Below are positions 18,666-27,092 of a stretch of 37,185 bases of DNA, piece after piece. The position numbers were made by a program, and so were the translations under genes. The notes beneath the pieces are model-generated. The model worked only from the letters and a program-made list of their open reading frames with translations. It had not been told where the DNA came from and did no database searches. Source of the DNA: Candidatus Sungiibacteriota bacterium (GTDB lineage Bacteria; Patescibacteriota; Minisyncoccia; Sungbacterales; SURF-37); assembly GCA_016186145.1 (NCBI GenBank), contig JACPMF010000019.1, positions 1 to 37,185 on the forward strand, read 5' to 3'. Position 1 is the stretch's first letter, and every line of letters begins with the position of its first letter.

Positions 18666-18953
18666 CCCGCCTAAGTTTTTGCATTAAAGTAGTTATAAAG
18701 CGTCCTTTGGATGTACTGACGGCCCCACCCTGTTTTGAAAAACCGTTCTCTATTCTCTGCACCTTCTCGATTTGGAAAAGCTTCATAGTAAATAAGCTTA
18801 AGTGGAATTCTTGTCTTTGTAGCAAATGAAAGTCCTTTGTTGTGCATGGAAATGCGCTTTTTCAAATCGTTTGTACAACCAATATACATCTTAGCATCTT
18901 TTTGGCTTCTCAAAATGTAGACATATGAAAACATATGCAAAAATTTAGGCGGG
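18666..18953. mobile_element. 288-bp inverted-repeat-bounded element carrying only a GIY-YIG gene
   Basis: CCCGCCTAAGTTTTTGCAT (18666-18684) and ATGCAAAAATTTAGGCGGG (18935-18953), 18/19; GGCATAC direct repeat at 18660-18666 and 18952-18958. Confidence 0.75.
18671..18934 (-). CDS. Small GIY-YIG nuclease (YhbQ/UPF0213-like)
   Basis: YVYIL...MYIGCT.DLKKR...HN.G...TK.R.P.KLIYYE...A..RE...K. Confidence 0.92.
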   Translation of the reverse strand: MFSYVYILRSQKDAKMYIGCTNDLKKRISMHNKGLSFATKTRIPLKLIYYEAFPNREGAENRERFFKTGWGRQYIQRTLYNYFNAKT

Positions 18954-19009
18954 CATACTTAAATACTTATTCCGACCGGGGCAAAAACCCGGTCGTGAAA
19001 ATATTCAAA

Positions 19010-19276
19010 TTATTTTTGCGTCCCGTCCATTCCGCTGCATGTTCCGCATCCGCACCAACCGTGTTTACTGCGAACCCCCATAGCAAGAACCCCACCGACA
19101 AGCGCTGTCCAGTACCACGTCATATAAGAAACAGCATAAAATTCGCCCCCTCTCCATAATGCAAGAAGCCCTCCCATAAAAGAAAGAAGTGAAGCAATCC
19201 AAATAATTTTTCCGAGTATGGACCTCCAACAACATCTCCAATGCATTTTATAATGCTGCATATTGTTATCTATCAT
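19010..19276 (-). CDS. Small two-TM hypothetical protein with Cys-rich tail
   Basis: Hydrophobic ORF in the operon direction; start uncertain. Confidence 0.6.
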   Translation of the reverse strand: MIDNNMQHYKMHWRCCWRSILGKIIWIASLLSFMGGLLALWRGGEFYAVSYMTWYWTALVGGVLAMGVRSKHGWCGCGTCSGMDGTQK

Positions 19277-19312
19277 AAATTTAAAAATGTAAAACTTTTT
19301 AAAACGACCTTT

Positions 19313-20173
19313 TTATTGATGCTCACCTTTAATTTTCCCCCCAAGCGTACGAAGTTGACGAAGCGACTCCGTTACCTCTTCTGGCTTAAACGTTTTTGAA
19401 TGCCACGGGTATTGAAATTCCATAAAATCAACCCCTTTGCCGGCAACGGTATGAGCAATAATAAGAACCGGTTTTTCATAAATGGCGTGGGCGGTTTCAT
19501 ATGCATTCACGATTTCTTCAAAATTATGCCCGTTGATTTCCAAAACATGCCAGTTAAATGCTTCATATTTTTGGCGAAGCGGTTCAAGCGGCATTATGTC
19601 TTCGGTCATGCCGTCAATCTGAATGTTGTTACGGTCTATAAGCGCCGTGAGATTGTCCAATTTCAATTTTCCGGCAAGCATAGCCGCCTCCCACGTCTGG
19701 CCGGCTTCCTGCTCTCCGTCAGACATCAAGCAATAGATGTTAAAAGATTTTTTATCCATTTTTGCGGCAATTGCCATACCAACAGCTTGAGAAAGCCCGG
19801 AACCAAGAGGCCCGGAAGTAGTTTCAACTCCTGGTAACGCAGTCCGATGCGGGTGGCCTTGCAATCTGGTTCCGAACTTGCGAAGTGTTTTTAATTCCTC
19901 AACCGGAAAATAGCCGGCCCTTGCCATGGCCGCATAGCGTACGGGACAAATGTGTCCGTTCGAAAGCACAAGACGGTCGCGTTCCGGCCAATCGGGGTTT
20001 TTAGAATCATGTTTTAGAACATGAAAGTAGAGAGCAGTGAAAATATCGGCCATATCAAGAGGGCCAGCTACATGTCCGGAACCGGCATTTACCACCATTT
20101 CAATGACATCCTGGCGAATGGTATTGGCCGTCTCCTCCAAAAATTTAATCTTGTCCTCGTGTAAATGACTCAT
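19313..20173 (-). CDS. tkt: Transketolase, N-terminal (TPP-binding) subunit
   Basis: GSGHVAG, RDRLVLSNGH, LQGHP, SDGEQEAGQTWEA...DRN. Confidence 0.95.
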   Translation of the reverse strand: MSHLHEDKIKFLEETANTIRQDVIEMVVNAGSGHVAGPLDMADIFTALYFHVLKHDSKNPDWPERDRLVLSNGHICPVRYAAMARAGYFPVEELKTLRKFGTRLQGHPHRTALPGVETTSGPLGSGLSQAVGMAIAAKMDKKSFNIYCLMSDGEQEAGQTWEAAMLAGKLKLDNLTALIDRNNIQIDGMTEDIMPLEPLRQKYEAFNWHVLEINGHNFEEIVNAYETAHAIYEKPVLIIAHTVAGKGVDFMEFQYPWHSKTFKPEEVTESLRQLRTLGGKIKGEHQ

Positions 20174-20185
20174 AAAATTTGATTC

Positions 20186-20260
20186 GTCCCGATTTTGTCT
20201 CCGGCTCCGCCGGAGCTACAAAATCGAGGATCCTCGATAACCGCAAGCGGTTATCGGGAC
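20186..20260. repeat. Double-hairpin element, family C
   Basis: GTCCCGATTTTGT...AAAATCGAGGATCCTCGATAA...TTATCGGGAC; same scaffold at 25551-25634 and, inverted and partial, at 29756-29805. Confidence 0.8.
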
Positions 20261-20325
20261 CGTTTCTTCAAGAAATTTGATCTTGTCGTCATGCAAATGT
20301 GGCATGGTATTACAAAATTAATAGC

Positions 20326-20979
20326 TTATTTATTTCTCCGTGCTGCCGTGACATCATTTCGCAAAACACGTATTGCTTTCTCGATATCTTCCGCCCCAAA
20401 GACGCTTGAAGCGGCAACAAGCACATCGGCACCGGCCTCAACCGCGTGTCTGGCAACGCCAATTTTCACTCCGCCGTCAACTTCTATTTTACAGCCCCCG
20501 CACAACGCCCGCAAATGACGAATTTTTGAATAGTTATGAGGTTGAAATTCCTGACCGGCAAGCCCCGGGTGAACGGCTAAAATCTGAAAAAGGTCCGCCT
20601 TGCCCACGAAAGCTTTAAGACGGGTCCACGAAGTATCGGCAGCAATAGCAATACCCGCATCAACCTTTTCCCGACGACAAGTGTCTTTAATGAAATCAAA
20701 ATCTTGGACAACCTCTTCATGAACTATGATTCGCTGAACTTGCGGCAGAAACCATGCCTCAAATCTATCCTCAGGATGGTCTTCCATTAAATGGATTTCC
20801 AATTTTGCTACGGTTTCAAAACCGACAAGGTCCAAGGGATTATGCCAAAGCGTATTCTTCGTAAAAGTCCCGTCGGCAATATCGAGATGAATCCAGTCGG
20901 TAAAATGCTCGACCCGGCGGATTTTTTCACGGGCTTCTTCCCACGTTTTTGCATTGATTGCAGGAATGATCTCAATCAT
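20326..20979 (-). CDS. rpe: Ribulose-phosphate 3-epimerase
   Basis: IHLDIADG, EIHLM, PGLAGQ, IEVDGGV, AGADVLVA. Confidence 0.93.
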   Translation of the reverse strand: MIEIIPAINAKTWEEAREKIRRVEHFTDWIHLDIADGTFTKNTLWHNPLDLVGFETVAKLEIHLMEDHPEDRFEAWFLPQVQRIIVHEEVVQDFDFIKDTCRREKVDAGIAIAADTSWTRLKAFVGKADLFQILAVHPGLAGQEFQPHNYSKIRHLRALCGGCKIEVDGGVKIGVARHAVEAGADVLVAASSVFGAEDIEKAIRVLRNDVTAARRNK

Positions 20980-21062
20980 TAGCTTTTAGCTTATAGCTTA
21001 TAGCTTCATTAGCTTTCCGTGTATTCCCTAACAAGCTAATGAAGCTATAAACTAATGAAGCT
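20978..21062. repeat. (AGCTTAT/AAGCTAATG)n palindromic spacer, family H copy 1
   Basis: TTAGCTTTTAGCTTATAGCTTATAGCTTCATTAGC...AAGCTAATGAAGCTATAAACTAATGAAGCT. Confidence 0.75.
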
Positions 21063-21520
21063 CACTTGAAGTTTTTCTCTTCTATCTCTCTGATCTTCTC
21101 CAGTCTCCTCATATGCCTCTCTTCTCCTGAAAACGGTGTCTTAAGCCAAATCTCAACAATTTTTTTTGCCGCATCAACATCAACAGTATCGGCCCCCAAA
21201 GTCAGCACATTAGAATTTCCGTGCTCGCGTGATTGTACTGCGCATTCAATATCCCCGCATCGCGCCGCAAAAAGACCCCGATGTTTATTTGCGACAATAT
21301 CCATACCGTATCCGGAACCGCATACAAAAATGCCGCGGTGTTCGTCGGGTTCATTCACAATTTTTTCAGAAGCGATTCGCGCAAAATCAACATAATCATC
21401 GTCTTTATCATAACTAAAAGCGCCAACGTCTTCCATGGCGTATCCTTTATCAATCAAGTATTCTTTCAGCCCTTCTTTTAATTGAAGGCCGCGGTGATCA
21501 GCAGCTAAATAGATAGTCAT
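21062..21520 (-). CDS. rpiB: Ribose-5-phosphate isomerase B (RpiB/LacAB family)
   Basis: IYLAADHRG, DDYVD, CGSGYG, SREHGNSNVL, ERHMRR. Confidence 0.93.
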   Translation of the reverse strand: MTIYLAADHRGLQLKEGLKEYLIDKGYAMEDVGAFSYDKDDDYVDFARIASEKIVNEPDEHRGIFVCGSGYGMDIVANKHRGLFAARCGDIECAVQSREHGNSNVLTLGADTVDVDAAKKIVEIWLKTPFSGEERHMRRLEKIREIEEKNFK

Positions 21521-21597
21521 TAGCTTATAGCTTATAGCTTCTTTAGCTTTTCGCACATGTCCTAACAAGCTAATGAAGCTAATTACCCAATGAAGCT
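21520..21597. repeat. Family H copy 2
   Basis: TTAGCTTATAGCTTATAGCTT...CCTAACAAGCTAATGAAGCT...AATGAAGCT. Confidence 0.75.
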
Positions 21598-21598
21598 C

Positions 21599-22681
21599 TT
21601 ACATTATATCACTCCTCGAGTGAATCTTAATACTCTGCAAAATTCCCGTGCCGATCATTAAGGTTACCAAACTAGACCCTCCGTAACTTACAAAAGGCAA
21701 AGTTACTCCCGTAACAGGCATAAGACCAAGATTTGTTCCCGTGTGAACCAAAAACTGAAAGAAGACGATTGAAGAGAATCCGAGCGCGAAAAGCTTAGAA
21801 AAATTATCTTTTGCAGAAAAACCGACAAGAAGAACGCGCACAATAAAAAAAGCAAAAAGACCGATAAGAATGAGAACGCCGAAAAAGCCATTTTCCTCCG
21901 CAAAAGCGGCAAAAATAAAATCAGTTTCCGCCTCAGGAAGAAAATTAAGGTGCGACTGGGTGCCAAATCCAATCCCTTTCCCCCACAAACCGCCGGAGCC
22001 GACCGCAATAAAAGCCTGGATCGAATTATACCCCGCGCCCTGCGGATCCCGATAAGGATCAAGAAACGCAACAACTCGATCCTTTTGATAAGGCTTCAAC
22101 AAAAAAACCCATGAAAGCCCGGCAATGACCGCAAAGAAGAAAATAAACAAAACAAGATGCTTCAACCGGATACCGGCAAACATAACCATAACCACCCATA
22201 GCACGGATAAAATAACCGCCGACCCCAAATCCGGCTGAAGGAGCACCAGGGATGCCGGTAAAAAAACGTAGATACCGGATACCAAAAGATGACGAAACTG
22301 AAAAACCTCGATATGCCGCCCCGACCAATATTTGGCGAGAACCAAAACAAGAATAAGCTTCACAAGCTCAACCGGTTCAAAAGCTACACTGCCGAATCGA
22401 AACCAGCTCGCCACCCCCCTTGTTTCCGATCCGATGACAAGGAGTAAAATAAGAAGCACCAGGGCGCCAAACAGCATGCTCAAAATAAAGCCGCCGTGAT
22501 TTCGAAAGATGCGATAATCAAGAAAAGCCGCAGCGAAAAAAAGTCCGAAACCAATAACAACCCAGGTCACCTGCCGTATAAAAAAAACAGCCGGAGACAA
22601 ACTCCATAAAGAGACAAGACCAATTGCAATTAAAAGGCATGTAACAACAAAAAGAGGCCAATCGAAGTTTTTGAAAATCAA
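21599..22681 (-). CDS. rodA: SEDS rod shape-determining protein RodA
   Basis: FDW N-terminus, QPDLGS, LKPYQKDR, GAGYNSIQ, FLPEAETDFIFA, PFVSYGGSS; start (TTG) uncertain. Confidence 0.9.
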   Translation of the reverse strand: MIFKNFDWPLFVVTCLLIAIGLVSLWSLSPAVFFIRQVTWVVIGFGLFFAAAFLDYRIFRNHGGFILSMLFGALVLLILLLVIGSETRGVASWFRFGSVAFEPVELVKLILVLVLAKYWSGRHIEVFQFRHLLVSGIYVFLPASLVLLQPDLGSAVILSVLWVVMVMFAGIRLKHLVLFIFFFAVIAGLSWVFLLKPYQKDRVVAFLDPYRDPQGAGYNSIQAFIAVGSGGLWGKGIGFGTQSHLNFLPEAETDFIFAAFAEENGFFGVLILIGLFAFFIVRVLLVGFSAKDNFSKLFALGFSSIVFFQFLVHTGTNLGLMPVTGVTLPFVSYGGSSLVTLMIGTGILQSIKIHSRSDIM

Positions 22682-22683
22682 AC

Positions 22684-22770
22684 TTAGCTTATAACTTATA
22701 GCTTATAGCTGCATTAGCGGAAATTGTATGCGAGTTTAAAAGCTAATGAAGCTATAAGCTAATGAAGCTA
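22684..22770. repeat. Family H copy 3
   Basis: TTAGCTTATAACTTATAGCTTATAGCT...AAGCTAATGAAGCTATAAGCTAATGAAGCT. Confidence 0.75.
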
Positions 22771-22771
22771 T

Positions 22772-23530
22772 CTATCTTAAAATGTTCACTCTTGGTTCAA
22801 GAGCTACAAAAACATTATCCTGCTCGACGGCTCCCGGCCAAGAAAAAAATATGCGCCGCTCGCCCCCGGCGCGCACATCTTTCTCAACCGTTTTTGACAC
22901 CGCGAGTATATTTTCCTCCTGATCAAAAACAAGCGCGGATACGGTGACTTCCTTAAAATCGCCCAAAGAACGGTTCAAAAGGGTTGCCGTAACCGTTGTC
23001 TCCCGTTTTTCGCCCGAAACAACGAGTTTCCGATCCCCAACCGCAACGTCGGGAGGAATACGGTCCGTAAAAACCCAACTGACTCCCCGAACCGCAAAAA
23101 GAACCCGAGAAATCGTTCGTCCGGTAGTGATATTCGATTCAACAAAATGCGCTGTCTCTCCCGGATACAAAAAGGAACGACCGATCCTCCGCGCAACCAA
23201 GATGTCGGAATCGTCAAAAAATTGAAATTCGTATTCAATTTCTTCGGCGCCGAGTTTAATGTTGGGGTTCTTAACCTCTGCAACCGCATCATAACTTCCT
23301 TCTCGGACCGAAACAAAACGCGCCCAAAAAACGTTAACCGCTTGGGGGTTTTTTAATGCACAAGAAGCGCACGGGCCTCCGCAATCAATACCTTCCTCGC
23401 CCTGATTTCTACGGTTATCTTGACAGCTTGCCGTCGGAAACCACAAATAGATTGAAAAAAACACCGGAATCAAAATGACGGCGAGAAAAACTCCGATAAC
23501 TGCAAGCTGTCGTTTTATTCTAAAGTCCAT
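22772..23530 (-). CDS. Membrane-anchored hypothetical protein with CxDxxxNxxExGxDCGGxC motif
   Basis: Single N-terminal TM, Cys-rich motif, beta-rich C-terminus; start 23530 or 23551. Confidence 0.75.
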   Translation of the reverse strand: MDFRIKRQLAVIGVFLAVILIPVFFSIYLWFPTASCQDNRRNQGEEGIDCGGPCASCALKNPQAVNVFWARFVSVREGSYDAVAEVKNPNIKLGAEEIEYEFQFFDDSDILVARRIGRSFLYPGETAHFVESNITTGRTISRVLFAVRGVSWVFTDRIPPDVAVGDRKLVVSGEKRETTVTATLLNRSLGDFKEVTVSALVFDQEENILAVSKTVEKDVRAGGERRIFFSWPGAVEQDNVFVALEPRVNILR

Positions 23531-23735
23531 GACGGCGATCCGCGGGCTCATCGCGAATAATCTGTAATATTTCTCGTACCTTCATGCCGAGTGTTCGCAA
23601 ATCATGCTCGCGGATGGTGTTAACCACCTCACCACCTCTTAATCCCTTAATGAGTTTCTGAATATCCAACCATGTCCGTTCTTGCATTTCCCGAATCTCC
23701 ATAAAATCGCTTGGTTCTGTTTCGTAATTGCTCAT
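23520..23735 (-). CDS. Small hypothetical protein
   Basis: MSNYETEPSDF... portion of the track ORF, downstream of a hairpin at about 23771-23796. Confidence 0.4.
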   Translation of the reverse strand: MSNYETEPSDFMEIREMQERTWLDIQKLIKGLRGGEVVNTIREHDLRTLGMKVREILQIIRDEPADRRHGL

Positions 23736-23836
23736 ATCGCTTTTAGTGTAACGATATCCGGTAAAAAAGAAAAGCGGCGTTTTGTACGCCGCTTTATGTC
23801 GCCATATTCTTCCTAATTTACCCTCCAGAAACGACA

Positions 23837-24445
23837 TTAATCCATTGCAGAAACCCAAGAGCCTTTCCTCCGTCCGCTCTCGGCAGATTTTTCTTCTAAC
23901 CCTTGATACTCGCGCCACAAAGGAAGCCAATCGTCTCTAAAAACAGCCATCATTACAAGATCATGATAACGGCCATTTTTGTAAACCTCTTGCTTTTTTA
24001 CTCCTTCAACCTTGTAGCCGCACCTCAATTGGCATTTTACACTGCGCTCATTAAACGCGAGGACGTGTGAATTTATTCGGCGCAAATTTAGAACCTCAAA
24101 CGCATACCACAAAAGAACCATTTTTGCATCAGTTCCAAGCCCCTTGCCCCAATACTCTTTGTTGCCGATAAAGGTGCCAGTTATAGCTGTTCCGTCAAAA
24201 TGACAAACATGCACCAAACTCGTTATCCCTATATGCACTCCTTCAAGAGTGTCAATGGCGAACACAACATTTGATTCGTTACTAATAATCTTCTGAAGTA
24301 AGCTCCTCTCTTGATCTTTAGTAATCGGTTTAAACGGCTTCCCTAAAAATTGCATTACTTCGTAGTCGTTAATCCAGACCGCACACCGTTCCAAATCACG
24401 CTCTATATCAATTGGACGAAGAATAACTTTTTTGCCTTTAAGCAT
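23837..24445 (-). CDS. GNAT family N-acetyltransferase (RimJ/RimL type)
   Basis: LKGKKVILRP, YWGKGLGT, FNERS...CGYKVEG; AGGAGG SD. Confidence 0.9.
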   Translation of the reverse strand: MLKGKKVILRPIDIERDLERCAVWINDYEVMQFLGKPFKPITKDQERSLLQKIISNESNVVFAIDTLEGVHIGITSLVHVCHFDGTAITGTFIGNKEYWGKGLGTDAKMVLLWYAFEVLNLRRINSHVLAFNERSVKCQLRCGYKVEGVKKQEVYKNGRYHDLVMMAVFRDDWLPLWREYQGLEEKSAESGRRKGSWVSAMD

Positions 24446-24687
24446 GGGCGCCTCCTTTCTTCACGCTCAACGTATACCCAATACACCATTCGAACAAAAT
24501 CATTTACGGCCTCTTCAAAAAACCATTTCGTAAGTTTCGCGTCGGGGCCAATAAGAAGTTCCCATGTATGCGCTTGGTCCTCGGTATAAGAAATATGGTC
24601 TGCCACCCATTGTCGCACAAACTCCAAAAGCAATTCCTCCATTCTTTCATCAAGAGAAAACTTCGGTATGTCAGTTTGCTGATTCAT
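24403..24687 (-). CDS. Hypothetical protein
   Basis: GGAGGG SD before MNQQTD at 24687. Confidence 0.55.
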   Translation of the reverse strand: MNQQTDIPKFSLDERMEELLLEFVRQWVADHISYTEDQAHTWELLIGPDAKLTKWFFEEAVNDFVRMVYWVYVEREERRRPCLKAKKLFFVQLI

Positions 24688-24898
24688 GTTTTTACCCCCC
24701 TCCATTTCAAAGAACAAATAATTAAAATCCCCTGGCGGGTTTCGCCAGGGGAAGTGTGTTCCTAACTAAATAAAAGGTTTAAAACATTAAGAAAACAATT
24801 TCCATGGCGAAAACGCAAAATGACCACAATCAGGTGTGGTTAATTTCCACATATTCGCAATGGAATAAAATCTTTGCATATTTAAACTTGCTAAATAG

Positions 24899-25435
24899 TT
24901 ATCCTTCCCCGCCTTCATCTTGATATATCCTATCTATTTCATCGCCCCCGTTCCCGTCTTTATCTTCAATTTTTCTAATTTCCTCTTTTAATATCTGCTC
25001 CTGTCGAAAAAGATGATTTATAATGTCAACATGTTCGGGTTTGTCCACAAGCCGTTCTCGGCGTTCAACAATTTCAGCAAGCTGCCGCCTTAAATCTTCT
25101 ACATTATTCCCGCCACTTTCCTGTTCTTTCTTAGCGATCGGAGATTCACGAACCACTTCGATTTTTCTTTCAATCTTGATGCCCAAGGATTTTTCCAACT
25201 CCGCCATTGCTATCTTGAGAGTTCGTATCTTTTCGTCTTCGGATAAGCCAGAGGATGCAACTCTACCTTCAAAGAATTTCAGTTGAGCACGATAATATTC
25301 TAGAGATTTTCTCTCTGTTTCCCTAAAATCATTAATCGCCCCCCCAATCCACGCCTCCCAAGCCCGCCTATTTTCAATAGTGTCGTTATAGAATGATGGT
25401 TTTTCATTACGAGGTGGAATTTCCCTGTTCGGCAT
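24899..25435 (-). CDS. Hypothetical charged coiled-coil protein
   Basis: 178-aa ORF rich in E/K/R; no family recognised. Confidence 0.65.
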   Translation of the reverse strand: MPNREIPPRNEKPSFYNDTIENRRAWEAWIGGAINDFRETERKSLEYYRAQLKFFEGRVASSGLSEDEKIRTLKIAMAELEKSLGIKIERKIEVVRESPIAKKEQESGGNNVEDLRRQLAEIVERRERLVDKPEHVDIINHLFRQEQILKEEIRKIEDKDGNGGDEIDRIYQDEGGEG

Positions 25436-25730
25436 AACTTATGTCATTAACTTAATTTATAATCTTCGATTACCTTTCCAAAATTTTGGTATGCCGGCAT
25501 ACCTTACTTTCCTATTCCGCTAGGCGGAAAAGTATCATCGAGTCCATAAGTCCCGATTTTGTTCCCGCTGAAAGCGGGATTGTAAAATCGAGGATCCTCG
25601 ATAATCTATCCCAAAATTTTGGAGATTATCGGGACTTTTCCGCCAGAAGCGCCATGCCGGCCGGCCCGCTTCGCCGGAGCTTCAGCGAGGCGAGCAGGCG
25701 GGGATCCGCCTTCGGCGGACACTTCTCTGT

Positions 25731-25894
25731 CCCCGTACCAAATCTTTTGTATACTGGCGTACCCTACTTTCCCAGGAAGCCATGCTTCCAAGTATCATCG
25801 GGCTCAAATGCTTTCACTTCTCTGTTCGGAATGGGAAGAGGTGGGGCACATTTGAGTAAAACACCAGTAAACAGAAAATTTGGTACGGGGCAAG
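25731..25894. mobile_element. Family A element carrying an intact 5S gene
   Basis: CCCCGTACCAAAT...ATTTGGTACGGGGCAAG; removal restores CACTTCTCTGT|TCGGAATG with no target duplication. Confidence 0.7.
25752..25869 (-). rRNA. rrf: Inner intact 5S rRNA gene
   Basis: 118 nt; contains CCCAUUCCGAAC, GAUGAUAC and GGGAAAGUAGG; closing helix UACUGGU/GCCAGUA. Confidence 0.9.
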
Positions 25895-26193
25895 TCGGAA
25901 TGTTCCCGTTTTGTCTGCGAGCCGTAAGCGAACAGTTACAAAACGCGATCCCTTACTCAGCTTGCTGAGTATGGGAGGAAGAGGTGGGGCACCTATGGAT
26001 TAAACACCGGCAAATAAAATTTTTGATGGTTTTACCTAAAACCCATCTTAAAAATGCATTTGGAAAGTGTACTTTGAGCGGGGAGTAAAAATGATCTGTT
26101 AGTACCTCTCGGCTAAAACGCTTGCGCGCCTTACACCTAAGGCCTATCGACGTGATAATCTCTCACGGATCTATGATACCTAATCTTGGGGTG

Positions 26194-26226
<33 letters not shown>

Positions 26227-26368
26227 CTTCCGAACATAGCTACCCAGCGATGCTCCTGGCGGAACAGCTGGTAGACCAGAGGTTCGTTCATCCCGGTCCT
26301 CTCGTACTAAGGACAACTCCCCTCAAGTATCGACGCCTGCAGTAGATAGGAGACCAACCTGTCTCACG

Positions 26369-27083
26369 CTTGTTTGCTTTGCAAACCGCGGAACTACGCT
26401 GACTTCACGCAGACCTACGCAGAAAAATTCCGCGTTTGCCCGCATCCGATCTGCGACCGTCCGCGATGCTTAAGCATATCCTCTGTTACCAGAGGGATTG
26501 GACTATACCACTATCCTAGCCACTAGGGTTTAGCCACTAGCGATTAGGACAACCGACATGTTAGCAATTCATTATATGAATTACTCTGCCGCTTTCACGA
26601 CAAGTCTCTACGGGGTTAGCTTTCCAAAATACTTATTAAGTGCTTTATCATCCTTTTAGCTCTTTCTCGCTCATCTTCAGACAAATTCTTTACCACTCCT
26701 CCGAGTCGGCTTAAGAGATTTGCCACCTCTACAAACTCTTTGGATGCTTCCTTATCTTCTCCAGAGTTAAATGGTTCTTTCTCCATAAAATTATTCCTTA
26801 ATAATTATACCAACTAACTTCCCTCGGTATTATCCTACTAAACCCAGATTGGTTAATCAATTTCCGCGTCAATCCGCGTTGCCATCCGCGTATATCCGCG
26901 TGTTTTGACTTCAGTCAAAACAATAGGACTCCACCGATATGAGTCGGTTTATTCGATCCCGCTTACGCGGGAAAGCCGCCGTGCTTGCCCCGTACCGAGC
27001 TTTACTCTGGTGCGGGGTGTTTAACAAGTTCCTATCTAAAACTTGCTAAAAGATTTCGATGTCAATTTCAGGCTCTTTTTTTG
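26369..27083 (-). ncRNA. Group I intron at L2593
   Basis: Follows exon U and ends in G; core motifs UAUCGGUGGA, AAUACCGAGGGAAG, CCCCGUAGAGACU, GGUAUAGUCC; IGS GCGGCUU and P10 CACG. Confidence 0.9.
26616..26786 (-). CDS. 56-aa intron-encoded hypothetical protein (not a homing endonuclease)
   Basis: MEKEPFNSGEDKEASKEFVEVANLLSRLGGVVKNLSEDERERAKRMIKHLISILES; upstream TATAAT and AAGGA; below the ORF-track cutoff. Confidence 0.6.
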   Translation of the reverse strand: MEKEPFNSGEDKEASKEFVEVANLLSRLGGVVKNLSEDERERAKRMIKHLISILES

Positions 27084-27092
27084 ACGGTTTGA

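Larger units (their letters stand above)
25492..26012 (-). rRNA. rrf: Outer 5S rRNA gene split by four insertions (possibly a pseudogene)
   Basis: Segments 25492-25550, 25635-25638, 25720-25730, 25895-25902 and 25977-26012 join to 118 nt collinear with the inner 5S; helix I and helix II pairings retained. Confidence 0.8.

Noticed and set aside
20978-22770. AGCT-rich repeats as a CRISPR array
   Set aside because: Degenerate 7-9-mers in palindromes separated by whole genes; no constant repeat-spacer period and no cas genes
25486-25968. Track ORFs over the 5S region (160, 61 and 78 aa)
   Set aside because: Chance frames through GC-rich palindromes and 5S sequence
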